This document shows positions 47,681-61,200 of a stretch of DNA of 64,000 bases, in pieces. A model generated the notes under the pieces. It made no database searches, had not been told where the DNA came from, and saw only the letters and a program-made list of their open reading frames with translations. Every line of letters starts with the position of its first letter. Positions within the stretch are counted from its first letter, which is position 1. A program made the position numbers and the translations under genes. This stretch comes from Octopus bimaculoides (Eukaryota): positions 18,943,068-19,007,067 of the forward strand of contig NC_068985.1 in the NCBI RefSeq assembly GCF_001194135.2, written 5' to 3'.

Positions 47681-49059
47681 TATGGCTATGGTGGAGAAAC
47701 TTTTTTAGTTATGTCTTTTTTTTTTCCAAATTGCCAGCAAATTGAACAAGATTGTTGAGAATTTAAAATGTATTTTGATACCGATTGGTATTTATCTGGG
47801 TGATATTTTGAAAATGTAACTGAACTTTTAATGCCCTTATAAATTGCAAGAAATCATTTTCAACATTGGAGTCAAATTGATGTTGATTAACATACTTGCA
47901 GTGAATTGTTTTAGTTTGGAAGCAAATATGGAGATACAGTTAACATAGTTACATAGTTGTGGCACTAAATATAATCACTGTGCATCTGAAGTTGAATAAA
48001 AACACCACATAATATTTAAACAACTGTGAAATAATTTTTCTAATTGGTAGACATAAAATTATTTTGAAGAAATTCTTCAGTTGGTGTATAAACATTTTGT
48101 CATATATTTTCATTGGCTGCAATTCTTCTTTATAACAAAACAAAAAAAAAAAACTTAATGCCTGATTTATAATCACAGTTGTATTTGAATTATTAATAAG
48201 TAATTCAGTGTTTATGTCTTCCATTAATTAAAAAAAAAACTTGAAGATTTCTTTTTTTTTTTTTGAGAGATAAGGGAGTTTACAACTGCAATAAATATTT
48301 TTGCTGTAAAGAATACTTATTAATGATAGAATAAAAATTCACAACAAAAGCAGTGAAAATAAGAGTAAGTTTAATATTTTCAGATGTGTGTGTGTACCAT
48401 AAAATTCTGATAAGCACAGGTAACTCATTCATGAAAATGCTATGTAATATAATGATAAAGGATAGTGAAAATATGTTTATTATTCAACAGTCTATTAAAA
48501 ATGCAATGCTATGCATTACTGTGGTGTACACAAGAGAGAGAGAGGGAGAAATTATTTCCTTGAAAAATACTTAACTAAGCAATGGCAGCAAATTGGTAAA
48601 CTTGTTATAATGTTGGAGAAATTACCTTCCAGTATTTGTTTTGGCTGTCTCTGCTCTGAGTACAAACTCACTACAGCCAAAATTTTCCTTTCATCTTTTG
48701 GGATTGATGAAATAAAGAACCAGCTCTGAGCAGTGCATTAGCAGAATTGGTAGAGCATCAACTGAGATGCTTTATGATATTTCTTCCAGCTCTTCATATT
48801 CTTAAGTTCTTGGGTGGCCAACTTAATCTATCACTTGGTTTAACTCCATCACCTGGTACCTTGGAAGCCTTGAGCAGTATTCACCATTCTGAAAGCATTT
48901 AGGTCAGGTCTCCTGTTTGAGGATAACTTATTTACTTCCTTCTACTAATTTCTGAAGTTCAAGAATGTCATGGGTGCTGCCCTTTCCCTCTCTTGACAGC
49001 ATGGTATCTCCTCTACTGAAAAAAAAAAAAAGCACAGGATCAATTGGGCTTCTTTTTTT

Positions 49060-49590
49060 CTTAAACCCATATTATCTTACCTTCTTAATCCACTGTCCAT
49101 ATTCTCTCTTATACTGACTGTGTATCTTGAGTGTATGCTTTGGCACCTCATCACCACTGTTTCTATCTACTTTCCAGCTACTCGCACCCACCCTTGTATA
49201 ATGTGAGTTAGCAATGTATCTTCTCTATAAGACACCTGTGCTTGTCTCTCTATCATACTTTAGTTTTTCAACATTGGGCATAAAGCCACCTTCCTCTCTC
49301 TCAAATATACTCCCACTTAGTTGAAGGGACTTTTTCTTTTCTTGTCTTGCAAGTTACCAGGCAACATCACTAGTGCTGGTGCCATGAAGGCAAAAAAGCC
49401 CCCCCCCCTCAAAATAAAAAATCCACCCAGTACACACTGCAAAATGGTTGGCATTAAGAAAGGTATGCAACCATAGAAACCAAACCAATGCTGATATTGG
49501 ATCTTGAAGCAGTTCTGTGACTCCTCTGATACTCTCAAACTGTCCAACACATGCCAGCATGGAAAATGAATGTTAAATGATGATGATCAA
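49060..49590 (+). mobile_element. Family E repeat with RTE-type tail
   Basis: Reverse match to 21165-21600; ends GTTAAATGATGATGAT. Confidence 0.6.
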
Positions 49591-49959
49591 GACTTTTTCA
49601 CTTGTTTTTATTTTATCCATAGTAATTGAGGTTATATTATGTATGGTATTTTAGTGTCTATTGCTGTGCTGAGTGAGGTTAACTGCTTCACTTTATATTG
49701 CGACAGTTATATAAAGGCAAAAAGTTAGGATTCAAATGGCAGTTAACAGCCATACAATAGCTGCTGCTGCCAAACTGTGGTATTTTTGAGGGTTTTCTTT
49801 CCATTTATAAATTTTGTAATTTTTTTCTTTCTCATTTTATAATTTTAGGAATTTGGTGTCAATTTATAAACCATGCTATTTGAAGCTGTTTTTATTGAGA
49901 GTTTTATTGTATGTATACACACTGTGTGTGTGCATGTGTGCACATACATAATATAATAC

Positions 49960-50119
49960 AGTGTCTTTTACTTATTTCAGTCATTGGACTGTTGCCATGC
50001 TGGGGCACCATTCTGAAAGATTTTGGTCCTCTTTTTTAAATCTGGTACTTATTCTATTGGTCTCTTTTTGCTAAATTACAGGGATGTAAACATCCCAGCA
50101 CTGGTTGTCAAATGTTAGT

Positions 50120-50160
<41 letters not shown>

Positions 50161-50180
50161 AAAGGCTTCCTTACAGTTTC
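49960..50180 (-). mobile_element. SINE family A, partial
   Basis: CAGTCATTGGACTG...GGGATGTAAAC...(CA)n...GGCTTCC...CAGTTTCC. Confidence 0.7.
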
Positions 50181-50574
50181 CATCTTCTTTGGAGGTAAAG
50201 TGGACAAAGCTATTCTGTTGAGGCAGAAACCCATGTTATGGTTGCCCTATTCTCTGAAACAAAACTCAGATCTTCGTTTTCTGCTATCATGTTAATTCAT
50301 TAAGAATTATTAATTTCTTGAAATCATGTCCCTTCGTCATTCAAAGCCATAAACAGTCCTCACTAGGTTTTTCTTTAACCTCTTCTGTTCAAAGAAATTT
50401 TTTTTAAAATTAAGAATTTGACAAGTATATCATTATTTAATTTCTTACAAATGTTAGAAATTTAACTTCATAAAGCAACCATTTCTTGTTGAAAGATACA
50501 TTTTTTTGTGTATATATGTGTATATTTGTGGGTGTAGCAGTGTCTCTGAAATTTGGTAAATTGAAATTATGTAG

Positions 50575-50960
50575 ATCATCATCATTCATCATTTAACACC
50601 CATTGTCCATGATGACATGGGTTTGATGGTTTGACCAGAGCTGGTAAGCTGAGGGACTGCACCAGATTCCAGTCTGATTTGGCATGGTATCTACGGCTGT
50701 ATGCCCTTCCTAACACCAACTACTCCGAGTGTGTAATGGGTGCTTTTACATGCCACAGGCACAGGTGCCAGTTGCATGACACCAGTATCTGCCATTGACT
50801 ACAATTTCACTCGGCTTGATGGATCTTCCTTCTCAAGCACAACATATTGCCAAAGGTCTCAGTTGTTTGTCATTGTCTCCGTGAGGCCCAGTGCTTAAAA
50901 GGTGCTTTTTATGTGCCACTGGCATAGTTGCTATTTCCATGACACCAGCCTCAGCCATCA
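50575..50960 (-). mobile_element. RTE LINE 3' end with repeated UTR module
   Basis: (CAT)n tail, TTCTCAAGCAC...GTGAGGCCCA, then a second GGTGCTTTTTATGTGCCAC module. Confidence 0.8.
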
Positions 50961-51344
50961 TACATAAATGTACTTGTGTATATTGATAGGGGTAAACCTT
51001 GTGCATTTAGTTGTAACTGAATTATCTCCTCTTATGTACACCTTACATATTTTTTTTCTTAACAAGGTTTATAGATAAGTACATGACAAAGAGTAAACAT
51101 AGACAAAGGACAAAACAGTAAAAATAATACAAAACCTTAATTACCTTTATTTGGTCATTCATTCAGTCACAGTTGTCTTTTTACTTTATTGAAGCTGGTT
51201 TTACCATCTTTTTATGAAGGTGCTTTGCCTTAGAATCTGCAAGAAACAGAAAAGTTGGATTCTCATGTTTGTATATTTAAATATTTAGTTGTTTGTGTAC
51301 TTGTAAACACGGCACTGAAAGACTGACTATACTGGCATAATAAT

Positions 51345-51725
51345 GATCATCATTTTACTGTCCACTTTTCCATGGTCATGGGTTGGATGGAATTTGCTGA
51401 GGCAGACATTCTATTGCTGGATGCGCTTCCTGGTGCCAACCCTCACCTGTTTCCAAGTAAGGTAATATTTGTTCATGGCCAGATATATTTTCACAGAAGA
51501 CTGAAAATGCTGGTTTACAATCCTTGTGCAGTGTCAACACAAAGAGACATCAACATGTGTGTGTGTGTGTGTGTGTATCCTTGCGCGCGCACACATACAC
51601 ACATGCACGCAACAAACTTCTTTTAGTTTCTGTCTACTTAATCCACTCACATGTCTTTGGTTGGCCTGGTGCTATAGCAGAAGACACAGTGGAAAGCAAA
51701 GTTAACTTCACAGCCATGCCTGTGC
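51345..51725 (-). mobile_element. SINE family B
   Basis: Same head, microsatellite and tail order as 10495-10915. Confidence 0.75.
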
Positions 51726-52649
51726 TCAGCATATCCCAAAGTGCAATAGAATATGTTTACTTATATATTAATGTAACTTGAATAAATAATAAACTTCAAA
51801 AATATAGGCATTTAACTTTGACAATTTTAATGAATTATTATATTATGATGCTGCTCCAGCAGAATGGTTAAAACCAATAAAGAAATATTGACATGAAACT
51901 AAGGTTCTTGTGTGAATAATAAGTCCCTTCTTTTTTTATGAACCTCTCTATGTACAGTGTAATTCCAAGAAAAGTGCATGAGTTAAACAACAAAAGGAAA
52001 AACTACATAATTAAAATGCTAAACATTTTTTATTCTTGCAGCTCAAATTACTAGATGTTGAAGTTTTTCAATTTTTAAGTAGCTGTTTTCTATATACATA
52101 TGGAAGCTCACTTAACCAGAATGGTTAAGTGCTACAAAATGAGTGTGAAAATCCATTATTCATTGCTTATGAATAGATGCTAAGCAGCAGGTAGTTTTAG
52201 AGAGTAGTTATAATTATTTAGTGCATGAATGTTTGTAAAAATATGCACATTATTACTATTAAAATATGGCATTATCAATAGTTAATCTACTGGAATAAAT
52301 ATAGGTAAACAAAGTAGTTTGTTAATCAGGTAGTTTTTATTATTTCACTTACACCAACATATCTATCTTATTTACTGCTCTTTTGCTAAATCAATATTCT
52401 ATACTGTTCCTATTCAGAACAATGAGCACTTGTTATTCTTTCTCTTTCTTTCTTTTCTTTTTTTTTTTTTGAATATTTTGGTAACTTTGATATATTTACT
52501 GTGTTGAAATATAATTAATATATATAGCCCTCCCATGAAAGGAAATTTTGAGAATATATTTAAAGTTCTCAACAGCAAACTGAATGCATAATATCAAATT
52601 TGTCATTTCTCGATGTTGTTCACTTTCTTTGTCATCATGATTACTAGAA

Positions 52650-53850
52650 GGATAAAGCTTTTATAGCCATAATTTTCAAAACTGAAGGGAACGGTTATAA
52701 TGAACCATCGCCTTCATCAATTTTATTATTTCTCTCTTCTCAATCATCACCAATATTGTTTATGTAGAACCATCTACCAGAAACTAGCTGCTGTGTGTTA
52801 CCCTGGTGCTTTATTGTCACTAAGGGCTTCTTTGTATGCACTGTTGTTTGTAATGAATATCTACAAATTTGCCTGCTTTTGGGCTTCATGCATCGTTTAG
52901 ATTGAAAGTTTACTCTCAGATTACTCAATTGCAGAGTGTATTGACTAGGGTTCTCTCTGCCCCACACTCTGATTACTCTGGTATACCGTAAAGTTCTATT
53001 ATGTCTCCCATATTTTTAATGACTTACTATTTGTAACTGCAAACACTCTTATGCAGACAATAATAGCCTTCGTGCCCCCTTACCTTCTGTATACAGCTGT
53101 CTGCCACATGCAACGTAAACACTTTTCACCAGACATGCACTGATTTCTTGAACAATGCACAACAAAGCTCTCAAGATCACTACAAACACCAGATTCACAA
53201 ACTCTGACATTGTCACGATGACCTTACACATAAATTGCAACTTAAATTTCTCATGACTTAAAGGTAGCCTTCTTCTTTAGAGCTTGAATATACTTCATCA
53301 TCAACTCTCTAGTTTTTGCTGATCCTTCACAAAACTTAAATGAAATCAACTGTTCACATATATGAGGTGGTATTGCTATACTCATCCAAACATTTAAGTG
53401 TTGGTTGGTCAAATTATTGACTAGATTTCATACACTACAACCAGTTCCGAGATGTACCTTTTCTATACTCATTACAATGCTCTTCACTCCTCTGAGTTAG
53501 AAGCTGTGTTGCTCCTGTTCACCTGATGTGATATTTTATCCTCCTTATCCCTGTCTCTTTCTAGGCTTCACACTAAAAATTGTTTCAGTAGACTGAGATG
53601 TCTATAAGAATCATAGAGCTGTCATTCACCCTCTGGGAAATAATAATAATGATAATAATCCTTTCTGCTATAGAAAAAAAGGCCTGAAGTTTTGGGAGAG
53701 GGGACAAGTTGATTGCATTGACCCCAGTGCCATACTGGTACTTAATTTATCAACGCCAAAAGAATGAAGGGCAGAACTGAAGATATAAAGAGCTGGAAGA
53801 AATGCTGTGAAGCATGTCTGATGCACTAAGGTTTCTGCCAGCTTGCTGTC

Positions 53851-53889
<39 letters not shown>

Positions 53890-54110
53890 GTAGTAGCAGC
53901 AGTAAAGGTCTAGTTGTAAGGGAGTGTTTCAAGAAGGTTCCTCTTGCAGTGTTTAACATAATACTCTAAATCATTTTTGCTCATTAATGAATGTTCAGCT
54001 GATGACTGCAACTTCAAAGGTATCAAAACACTACTGCAACTATTAATCTCCTGCTCTATCATGCCATCTGAAATTCCTTCTTATGTAGATGAAATAGATT
54101 TATGTGCTTA
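52650..54110 (+). mobile_element. Degenerate LINE RT (same group as 6250-7900), interrupted by a SINE
   Basis: GTGTATTGACTAGGGTTCTCTCTGCCCCACACTC (GVPQGS.L.P.L-like), SYADNNS (YADD-like) and SHI*GG. Confidence 0.55.
53640..53890 (-). mobile_element. SINE family C between (TAA)n tracts
   Basis: ATAATCCTTTCTGCTATAG...GGTACTTAATTTATC...CTGCCAGCTTGCTG; (TAA)n on both sides. Confidence 0.75.
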
Positions 54111-54399
54111 GAATTAATAACTCATGTGTTGTTGTGTGGTGTTTTCTGTCACTTCATTGGAATGTTTTTTGTTTTTTCTTGTCAAGCTTTAAGTCTGTTT
54201 AGTTTTCGACATATATAAAGCACTTACAAACTGAGAGAAAGCAAGAAAGTTTAGCCATGCCATAGCTGATGATTGATTTCAATGACATTAAAACTTGTGA
54301 TGCTACAACTGCTGGTTTTCACACACTCTTTTAGAACTCTGAAATTCTTTCAGCATGGTATTAATTAAATATGGTGAGTACAGATGTTGAATTATCAAC

Positions 54400-55480
54400 T
54401 TTATTTTTTACTAATAAGTCAGAGGAGTAGCGGTAATGGCCACGGCTTTTGTAGACCTTCTCAGATGACTGGTGTGTTTGAATGGCTATAGGTCAACGTA
54501 TCCTGGTAAATTTCAGCAGAGGGAATTTTCAAGGACAGAGGCTTTGGGAAGAAATGTTAGTGTAAAGTGTTCAGTGTGGGTCCTGTGGGGTAAGACAATT
54601 GGGATGACAAAATGAGGTGTGATAGTCAGAATATGGGTTGTATGCAGTTGCTATAGATGAAGAGAAGAAATTGGAGTTGAAGCAAAAGCCCCGTTTGAGT
54701 GAATTTACTTATAGTCTGGCTAATTTAATGCTCAAATTATCCTAAATATTCAGTCTGCATTTTAAAATTTGTTCTATTTTTAAATTTGTTTCTTGTATTT
54801 AACATTTAGTTGTGAGATAAACATTTGACGTTTTATGATGGATCTTTTTGGTATAATCAGGAAAAAATACTGTTGTTTCATTTTTTTTCTTTGTAATTAC
54901 AATTTTGATCAGAAAGATTTTACGTTGTTACTGTTACATATGAAAAAGAGGTTTATTAGTCTCTAACATCTTTATTAGATTTGGAAGAGTGGAAGAGGAA
55001 TTTATCAGCAAAGATATAATGTAAAATGTTGGCGGTTAGTGAGAGGAAGAGAAATGTTTGAATGTAATGTTACAAGGTTTGTATGTAATGTTAATGCTAC
55101 TTATTTTACAGGGAGTCAGTTATAGTGCGGTTGTCTTGGATTTGAAGTGGGTAAGTTAGATAGTTTTGATTTAAGATGAGACAAGCCCAGAAGAGCTAAA
55201 TCTATTGAACTGTAAATGAGGGAATGAGAACACAATATAGTGGTGGATTAAGGTCTTATAGTCATTTGAGGAAGAAAACAAATGGATTTTAGAATGCTCT
55301 CAGAAGATTGATTAATAAGGAGGCATGTAGCTTTCCATTTATTAGAAAAGTTCTGGCACTGAGAAGAAAGCATTGCTAAATATATTTCAGAGAAGGTCTC
55401 ATGTGAAATGGTAAGTTCAAGTCAATGTAATGGAGACCTTGAAAAGTGTTCATAAGTGCAGTTCTTCCTTTAAATAAGTA
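54400..55480 (-). mobile_element. Degenerate LINE fragment
   Basis: NKWKAT (P..WK.A motif) near 55330 and a diverged 3' end near 54500; several frameshifts. Confidence 0.4.
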
Positions 55481-55669
55481 ATGTTTATGTTGTGGTGTTA
55501 TCAAACCGTACCAGATTGTTAGATCCCCATTGAGAGATATGGCAAAGCTTCTTTTCGGTAGCTACATCCAGCACAGAAGTGAGAGTATAATTTTACCACT
55601 CTGTTTTCTGTTCCATCAGTGCAGAACAGTAATCTAAAATTCACTTTTATTTTAAACCTTAGAATAATA

Positions 55670-56030
55670 GGCGCAGACATGGCTGTGTGGTAAGAAGTTT
55701 GCTTCCCAACCACATGGTTCCAGGTACAGTTCCACTGCATGGCACCTTGGGCAAATATCTTTTACTATAGCCTTGGGTCCACCAAAGCCTTGTGAGTTGA
55801 TTTGGTTGACGGAAACTGAAAGAAGCCTGTCATGTGTGAACACTTGTTTCTCCCCCCTACTGCTTGACAACATCTGTTGGTGTGTTTATGTCCTTGTAAC
55901 TTAGTGGTTTAGCAAAAGAGACTGATAGAATAAGTACCAGGCTTAAAGTAAAAATAAGTACTTTAGTTGATTAGTTTGACTAAAATTCTTCAGTGGCCAC
56001 ATTCTAATGGGTAAAACAAGTAAAAGTTAA
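55670..56030 (+). mobile_element. SINE family A
   Basis: GGCGCAGACATGGCTGTGTGGTAAG...ACTGAAAGAAGCC...AGAATAAGTACCAGG. Confidence 0.85.
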
Positions 56031-56749
56031 TCTTGTGAAATTCTTTACCATCAACATTTAAACATCCATATTGATATGGTTTTTGAAGTAAAGGTGTAGT
56101 CAATCTTTTGAATGATTTCTATCTTGTCCCCTGTCTCATTCCTCAGGTTTCAAAACCTACTTATTTTCTTGTTGCCACCCACTCTCCTTCTATGACATAA
56201 TTTTATAGAAAATGCAGTGAGGTTCGCATACGTTTCTATTCAGTTTTCTCAGTTACATTGTTTGGCAAGTTTCCATTGCATATCTGATATTACTGGCTTT
56301 TACTCCACTTCTACTGGCACATAAATTATAGTTGAGAGAGAGATCTGTTTGATTTGATTATTCAGTATAATTCATGTTAATTTAAACTTTGTATGAAGTT
56401 CTAATGGAAGTGATATCGATGTTTTTGCAAAACATTATTTTGTTGGTCCATTTATGCAAGTTGTTTCATAACTTGCATATATCATTTGCTAATGTCTACC
56501 TAACATAACAGACAAGTAATACTTTAATTACATAAATAAATATGTAAACAAAAGAGAGGTAAACAAGTTTTATGGTTCACTATTTATAGTGAAGGTTTTG
56601 CTTGCTAAGTAGTGGTTCAAAAAATTCATGACATGATACAATGTACCTAAAGAATGTGTTGATGCTGGGTATGTCTTGTTGGCTACATTTGAAGAGTACA
56701 TTGGAATTTTTGTAGATTTTGGGCAAAAACACATTTAACCTTTTAATTT

Positions 56750-57115
56750 TCATCATCATCATTGTTTTAAGGTTCACTTTTCCATGCTACCATGGATTAG
56801 ATGGAATTTGTTGAGGCAGCTGGATGCTCTTCCTGTCACCAACTCTCATCTGTTTCCAAAGCAAGCAATATTTCCCCATGGCCATATAATGGTTTCCATG
56901 GAAAACTGGGAACAAATATCATGTATGTGACAGTGGTGCTCATTTACACCCAAATATATACACACATATACATGAGAAGCTTCTTTCAGTTGTCATCTAC
57001 CAAATTCACTTACAAAGCTTTTGCTGGCCCTGGGCCTATGGTAGAAGACACTTACCTAAGGTGCTACGAGACTACATGGTTAAGAAACAAGCTTCTTCAC
57101 CGTATACCCATGTCT
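56750..57115 (-). mobile_element. SINE family B
   Basis: CATCATCATC...GGAATTTGTTGAGGCAG...ATATTTCCCCATGGCC...CAAATTCACT head. Confidence 0.7.
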
Positions 57116-58017
57116 AGATTTTAGATTTCATTTTAAAATTTGTAAACGGAACACTATATGGATTGTTGTTGAAATTAGATGTTTTATTAAGATTTGGATT
57201 GTTATTGCTTTGTTTATAATTAATATTAGGTCATCAATATTTTCTTAGTTCCTATCTCAGAAAACCTTTTAATGTAGCACAGAAAAAAAGTTATTGCATT
57301 TCTGTTGAATATATAAAAACCACAAGATTCTCTATTTGGCTGTACTTCATAACAAGAGGCAGCTTTTTATTGTCAACATGATTAAAATAAGAAAGAAATG
57401 TGAGGGTTAGAAATGAATTATTGACAAAATAAAAGAATGAGAAGAGTTTAGATAAAATAGTAGAATAAAGGAATCTATGTAGTGTTGGGTGTAGAGTTTA
57501 GTGAAGAGAGATGGTATGAACAACAAAAGACACGGAGAATAAACAGTGTGACAATTGTTATAGGATTGAATATTTTCAGTAAGAGTAGGTTTATTATTCA
57601 AACAAAGAATTCTCATCAGATTGCAACCTTAGATAGATACCATCTGTTGCTACTAGCATTGTTGTTCTTTTACCCCTCCCCAGGTCATTTATGGTTGTAT
57701 AGAACTATGATTAAATGTGATCCAGCCATGACCATCCATTATTCTCTAGGTACATTGCATATCTATGACTACATTGTCCAATTTGTCCTTCTATTTTGAA
57801 GGTGATCAGATATAATGTGAGGGAGATGTGATAGCTATTTTTAGCAGACCAAATGACCACATAGAAGATTCCTCATTTGCTCAAAAGTGATACAGTTAGT
57901 TTATATATAAAAGTAATATTCCCTAGTAGGGCATATTTTGATCTTGTATCTATTGCTACCTACAATAATACACTAATCAAAACAGAAATCCAATTTTCAC
58001 TGATGTTGTTTTCTCAG

Positions 58018-58044
58018 AATATGGGAATCCAGCAGAAATTGCTT
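58018..58044 (+). CDS. Candidate 27-nt microexon (all three frames open)
   Basis: Branch-like CTGAT, then gttgttttctcag acceptor and CTT|gttagt donor; length divisible by 3. Confidence 0.3.
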
Positions 58045-58511
58045 GTTAGTCTTCATATGTAAACTGAGGGTGTCTCTCTATATGTTTGTGTTAAGGGTGT
58101 TTTAAGTCATGTGCCTGAAGTATAATGTGTGTGGGATGAATATATATATATATGTATGTATGTGTATATTTTTAAAGTATATAAGAGTGGGTGTGGTGTT
58201 TCAATATGAATAAGTGAAAGCCGGTATGTATGTGTGTATGTCTGTGGGGATGTGTGTAGTGAAGCTGTACATGTTTGTGTGCCCATGCATGTATATTTAG
58301 TAAGGGTAGATATTTTATTTAAAAAGTCTTTTAATTGTTTAGACAGGAGAAAGGGCAGCACCCTTGATCTTTCCAGGGCCTCGAAGAGAAGTGGGAGGAT
58401 GTTATTCTTAGATCAGAGACCTGATTCAAATACTTGCAACAGAGCAGACTCTGCTAAAGGCACTCATGGGCCAGGTGGTGGTGTTAAACCGAGTGACATG
58501 TGATATTTCAG

Positions 58512-58544
<33 letters not shown>

Positions 58545-60114
58545 GAATGTCATGGGGACGGGTGTGATGTTTCTTTGTGTGTAATGAAATAGTGTGCATT
58601 TAGTGAATGTGAAAGACATACATATGTTGTGCATTGAGGACCAAAGAAATGTTTTTTGCAAGAGTGTGTGGGCATTATGATTTAAAGTAGATGTAGTGTT
58701 TGTGACTCTGCTTTGTACGAGTAGATCTTGTGTGTTTATATGTATGTAGCCTGTTGTTTAATCCCAACTCCGCTTTTAGTGAGTGGACCCGTGATAAGAT
58801 AACTCCTGTAGCAAACACTCTGTCCTTCTCTTGAGCATTGCACACCTAGGATTATACAATTCAATGTCTCTGCCCTTTTTCAAGATACTTGGGTATACTT
58901 TGAGGGTGGTCTGGCTGCTATTGCTTGTAAGTCAAGGGACCAAGTAACTTCATCAGGGTTGATGTATGTTTAGTGTAGTATATATGGTGGATACGATATA
59001 TGCAAGTGAACGTAGTGAGTGACTATTGTGTGTGTGTCTAGTAAAGTTATTGTGGGTGGATATTGTGGGTGTGTGTAGTGAAGAGAGGGATATATTTGCG
59101 TGTCTAATGTGTAAAGGGAAGTTGGATGTGTATGTGTGTGCATAGTAAATAGTCTTTGCTTGTGGCTACTGCTGCTGCTAGGAAGTAGCTAATGTCATGA
59201 GACTAAAAAACAGCTTCACTATGAAATGAGTCAGACTAAGAAAATATGCCAGTAATAGTGAATAAAGTCTCTTAGTGTATGTGAGGAACTTTCATTATGT
59301 TTGGCCTATTTCCAGCATGAATGGTATATGACCATATTTTATTTTCTAACAAACAAAATAAACTGATCTGAAATTGAGAAAAAAATATCCAGTTTTAAAT
59401 GCAGTTTGTTTATCTTTCCAAATGAAATAACTACACAGAACCTGTTGAAAAGAGAGCAAGATGTTTTACATCTAAATATCTGTTGATAAATATCTCTGGA
59501 AAAAATCTTAACGCCGGTGTGTAAGCAGTGGGGTGTATAAATTTATACTTCAGTTGTGGTGTTACAGAGAAAAGAAATATGAGCTTCAGGTTTTAGAGGG
59601 ATGTTCTTGGATTAACAGGGAAAAGAATTGGCAAACTTTCCAGTTAGTTTTTGCTAGCTCTACTTATAAATTTCTGTACGAAAATAACAATCTAAATACT
59701 ATATTGAAGTTATATTACATTAAATGTATAATTTACATTCTATTTAATCATAAATAAAATTATGAGGTTGAAGACTAAGATTAAGTAATTATTTGTTTTA
59801 ATGCATTTCTCTTCAGCTATCTTGTTGGTACTAGCAATAAATTTATAGTAATAACTGTTCTCTTTTTTCTATTGTAATCTAGTATAATAATTCTGAGATA
59901 GTGTTATGCAAACATCTATAATATTATTCTGTTCATCACAGTGATGATTGTGTACTCGAGTATTATGCTTTAAACAATGTTAACTATGGAATGGAATCGA
60001 ACATAATCAAAACTTTTAGTGTGAGTTGAAATGATATTATAAAGATCTATAAATTTATGCATCAAAATAGAAATAATTCCTAAAATTTGGAATCTCCATA
60101 GGTACTGCTGCTTA

Positions 60115-60555
60115 TAATAGTAATAACAATCCATTCTATTATAGGCACAAGGCCTAAGATTTTGTGGGGAGGGGACAAGTTGATTACATTGAGCCCATTG
60201 TTTGACTGATACTTAATTTATCGACCTCGAAAGGCTGAAAAGCAAAGTTGATCTCAGTGGAATTTGAACTCAGAATGTAAAGGCAGACGAAATACGACTC
60301 TGCCAGCTTGCTGCCCTATTAATAATAATAATAACAATGGTATCTAATTTTAGTTCAGGGACAGCAGTTTTGAGAGAAGAAGATTAGTCAATTACACAGA
60401 CCTTAGTACTTAATTGGTACTTCATTTTATTAACCCTGGAGGAGTGAAAGGTGAAGTTGGTTCCAATGGATTTTGAACTCACAGCATAAAGATCTACAAT
60501 AAAATATCACAATATATTTTGTTTGACACTAATGATTCTACTAATCCACCACTGT
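60115..60555 (-). mobile_element. Two tandem family C SINEs
   Basis: 60115-60320 well preserved; 60340-60555 diverged; (TAA)n between them. Confidence 0.8.
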
Positions 60556-60879
60556 GGTCCTGCTAGTGATGATAATTGCATACGATTGGAGGTGGATTTG
60601 CTATAAAATCTAGTCATACAGAAAGACGTAGAGTAAGACTACCTTGTATGTATAGGCTAATATCAAATCCTATAAAATTGTGGCTCTCAAAGTTGGTGTC
60701 CTCACCAACGTAGTAGCATTATGGAGGTCTAAATGATCTATAAAAGAAAAATGTGTAGCTTTATAGTGGTCAGTGTTCAACAATGCAATTTATGTATTTT
60801 CTTCAGTTTGAAATGATATTAAAATGGGTGTAAGTGATCATGTCTGTATTTAGTTTGCATGTGATTTCATTGTAGGCTG

Positions 60880-61200
60880 CCATCATCTTCATTTTATATC
60901 TGTTTTCCATGCTGGCATAGTCCATTGGGTTAGAAAACTATATTCTGCTCCAATGTCTACTTTTTGGCATGGTTTCTATGGTTGGATGTCCTTCCTAACA
61001 CCGACCTATTTTGCATTTTTATCCTGGTGCCAGTACTCTAGAATTTGCCTTGCTGCTGGCAGTATTAAAAAGTCCTCTCAAACCCTGTGCTATCATTGCT
61101 TGAATTGACTACTAGCCACCCACAGTGTACTTGGTACTTGTAGTAGCACCAGTACTGTTGGGGGTCATCTTGCAGGTTGTGAAGCTAAAGAGAGACTCTC
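60880..61200 (-). mobile_element. Diverged RTE-type tail
   Basis: TTCCATGCTGGCAT...GGCATGGTTTCTATGGTTGGATGTCCTTCCTAACACC. Confidence 0.6.
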
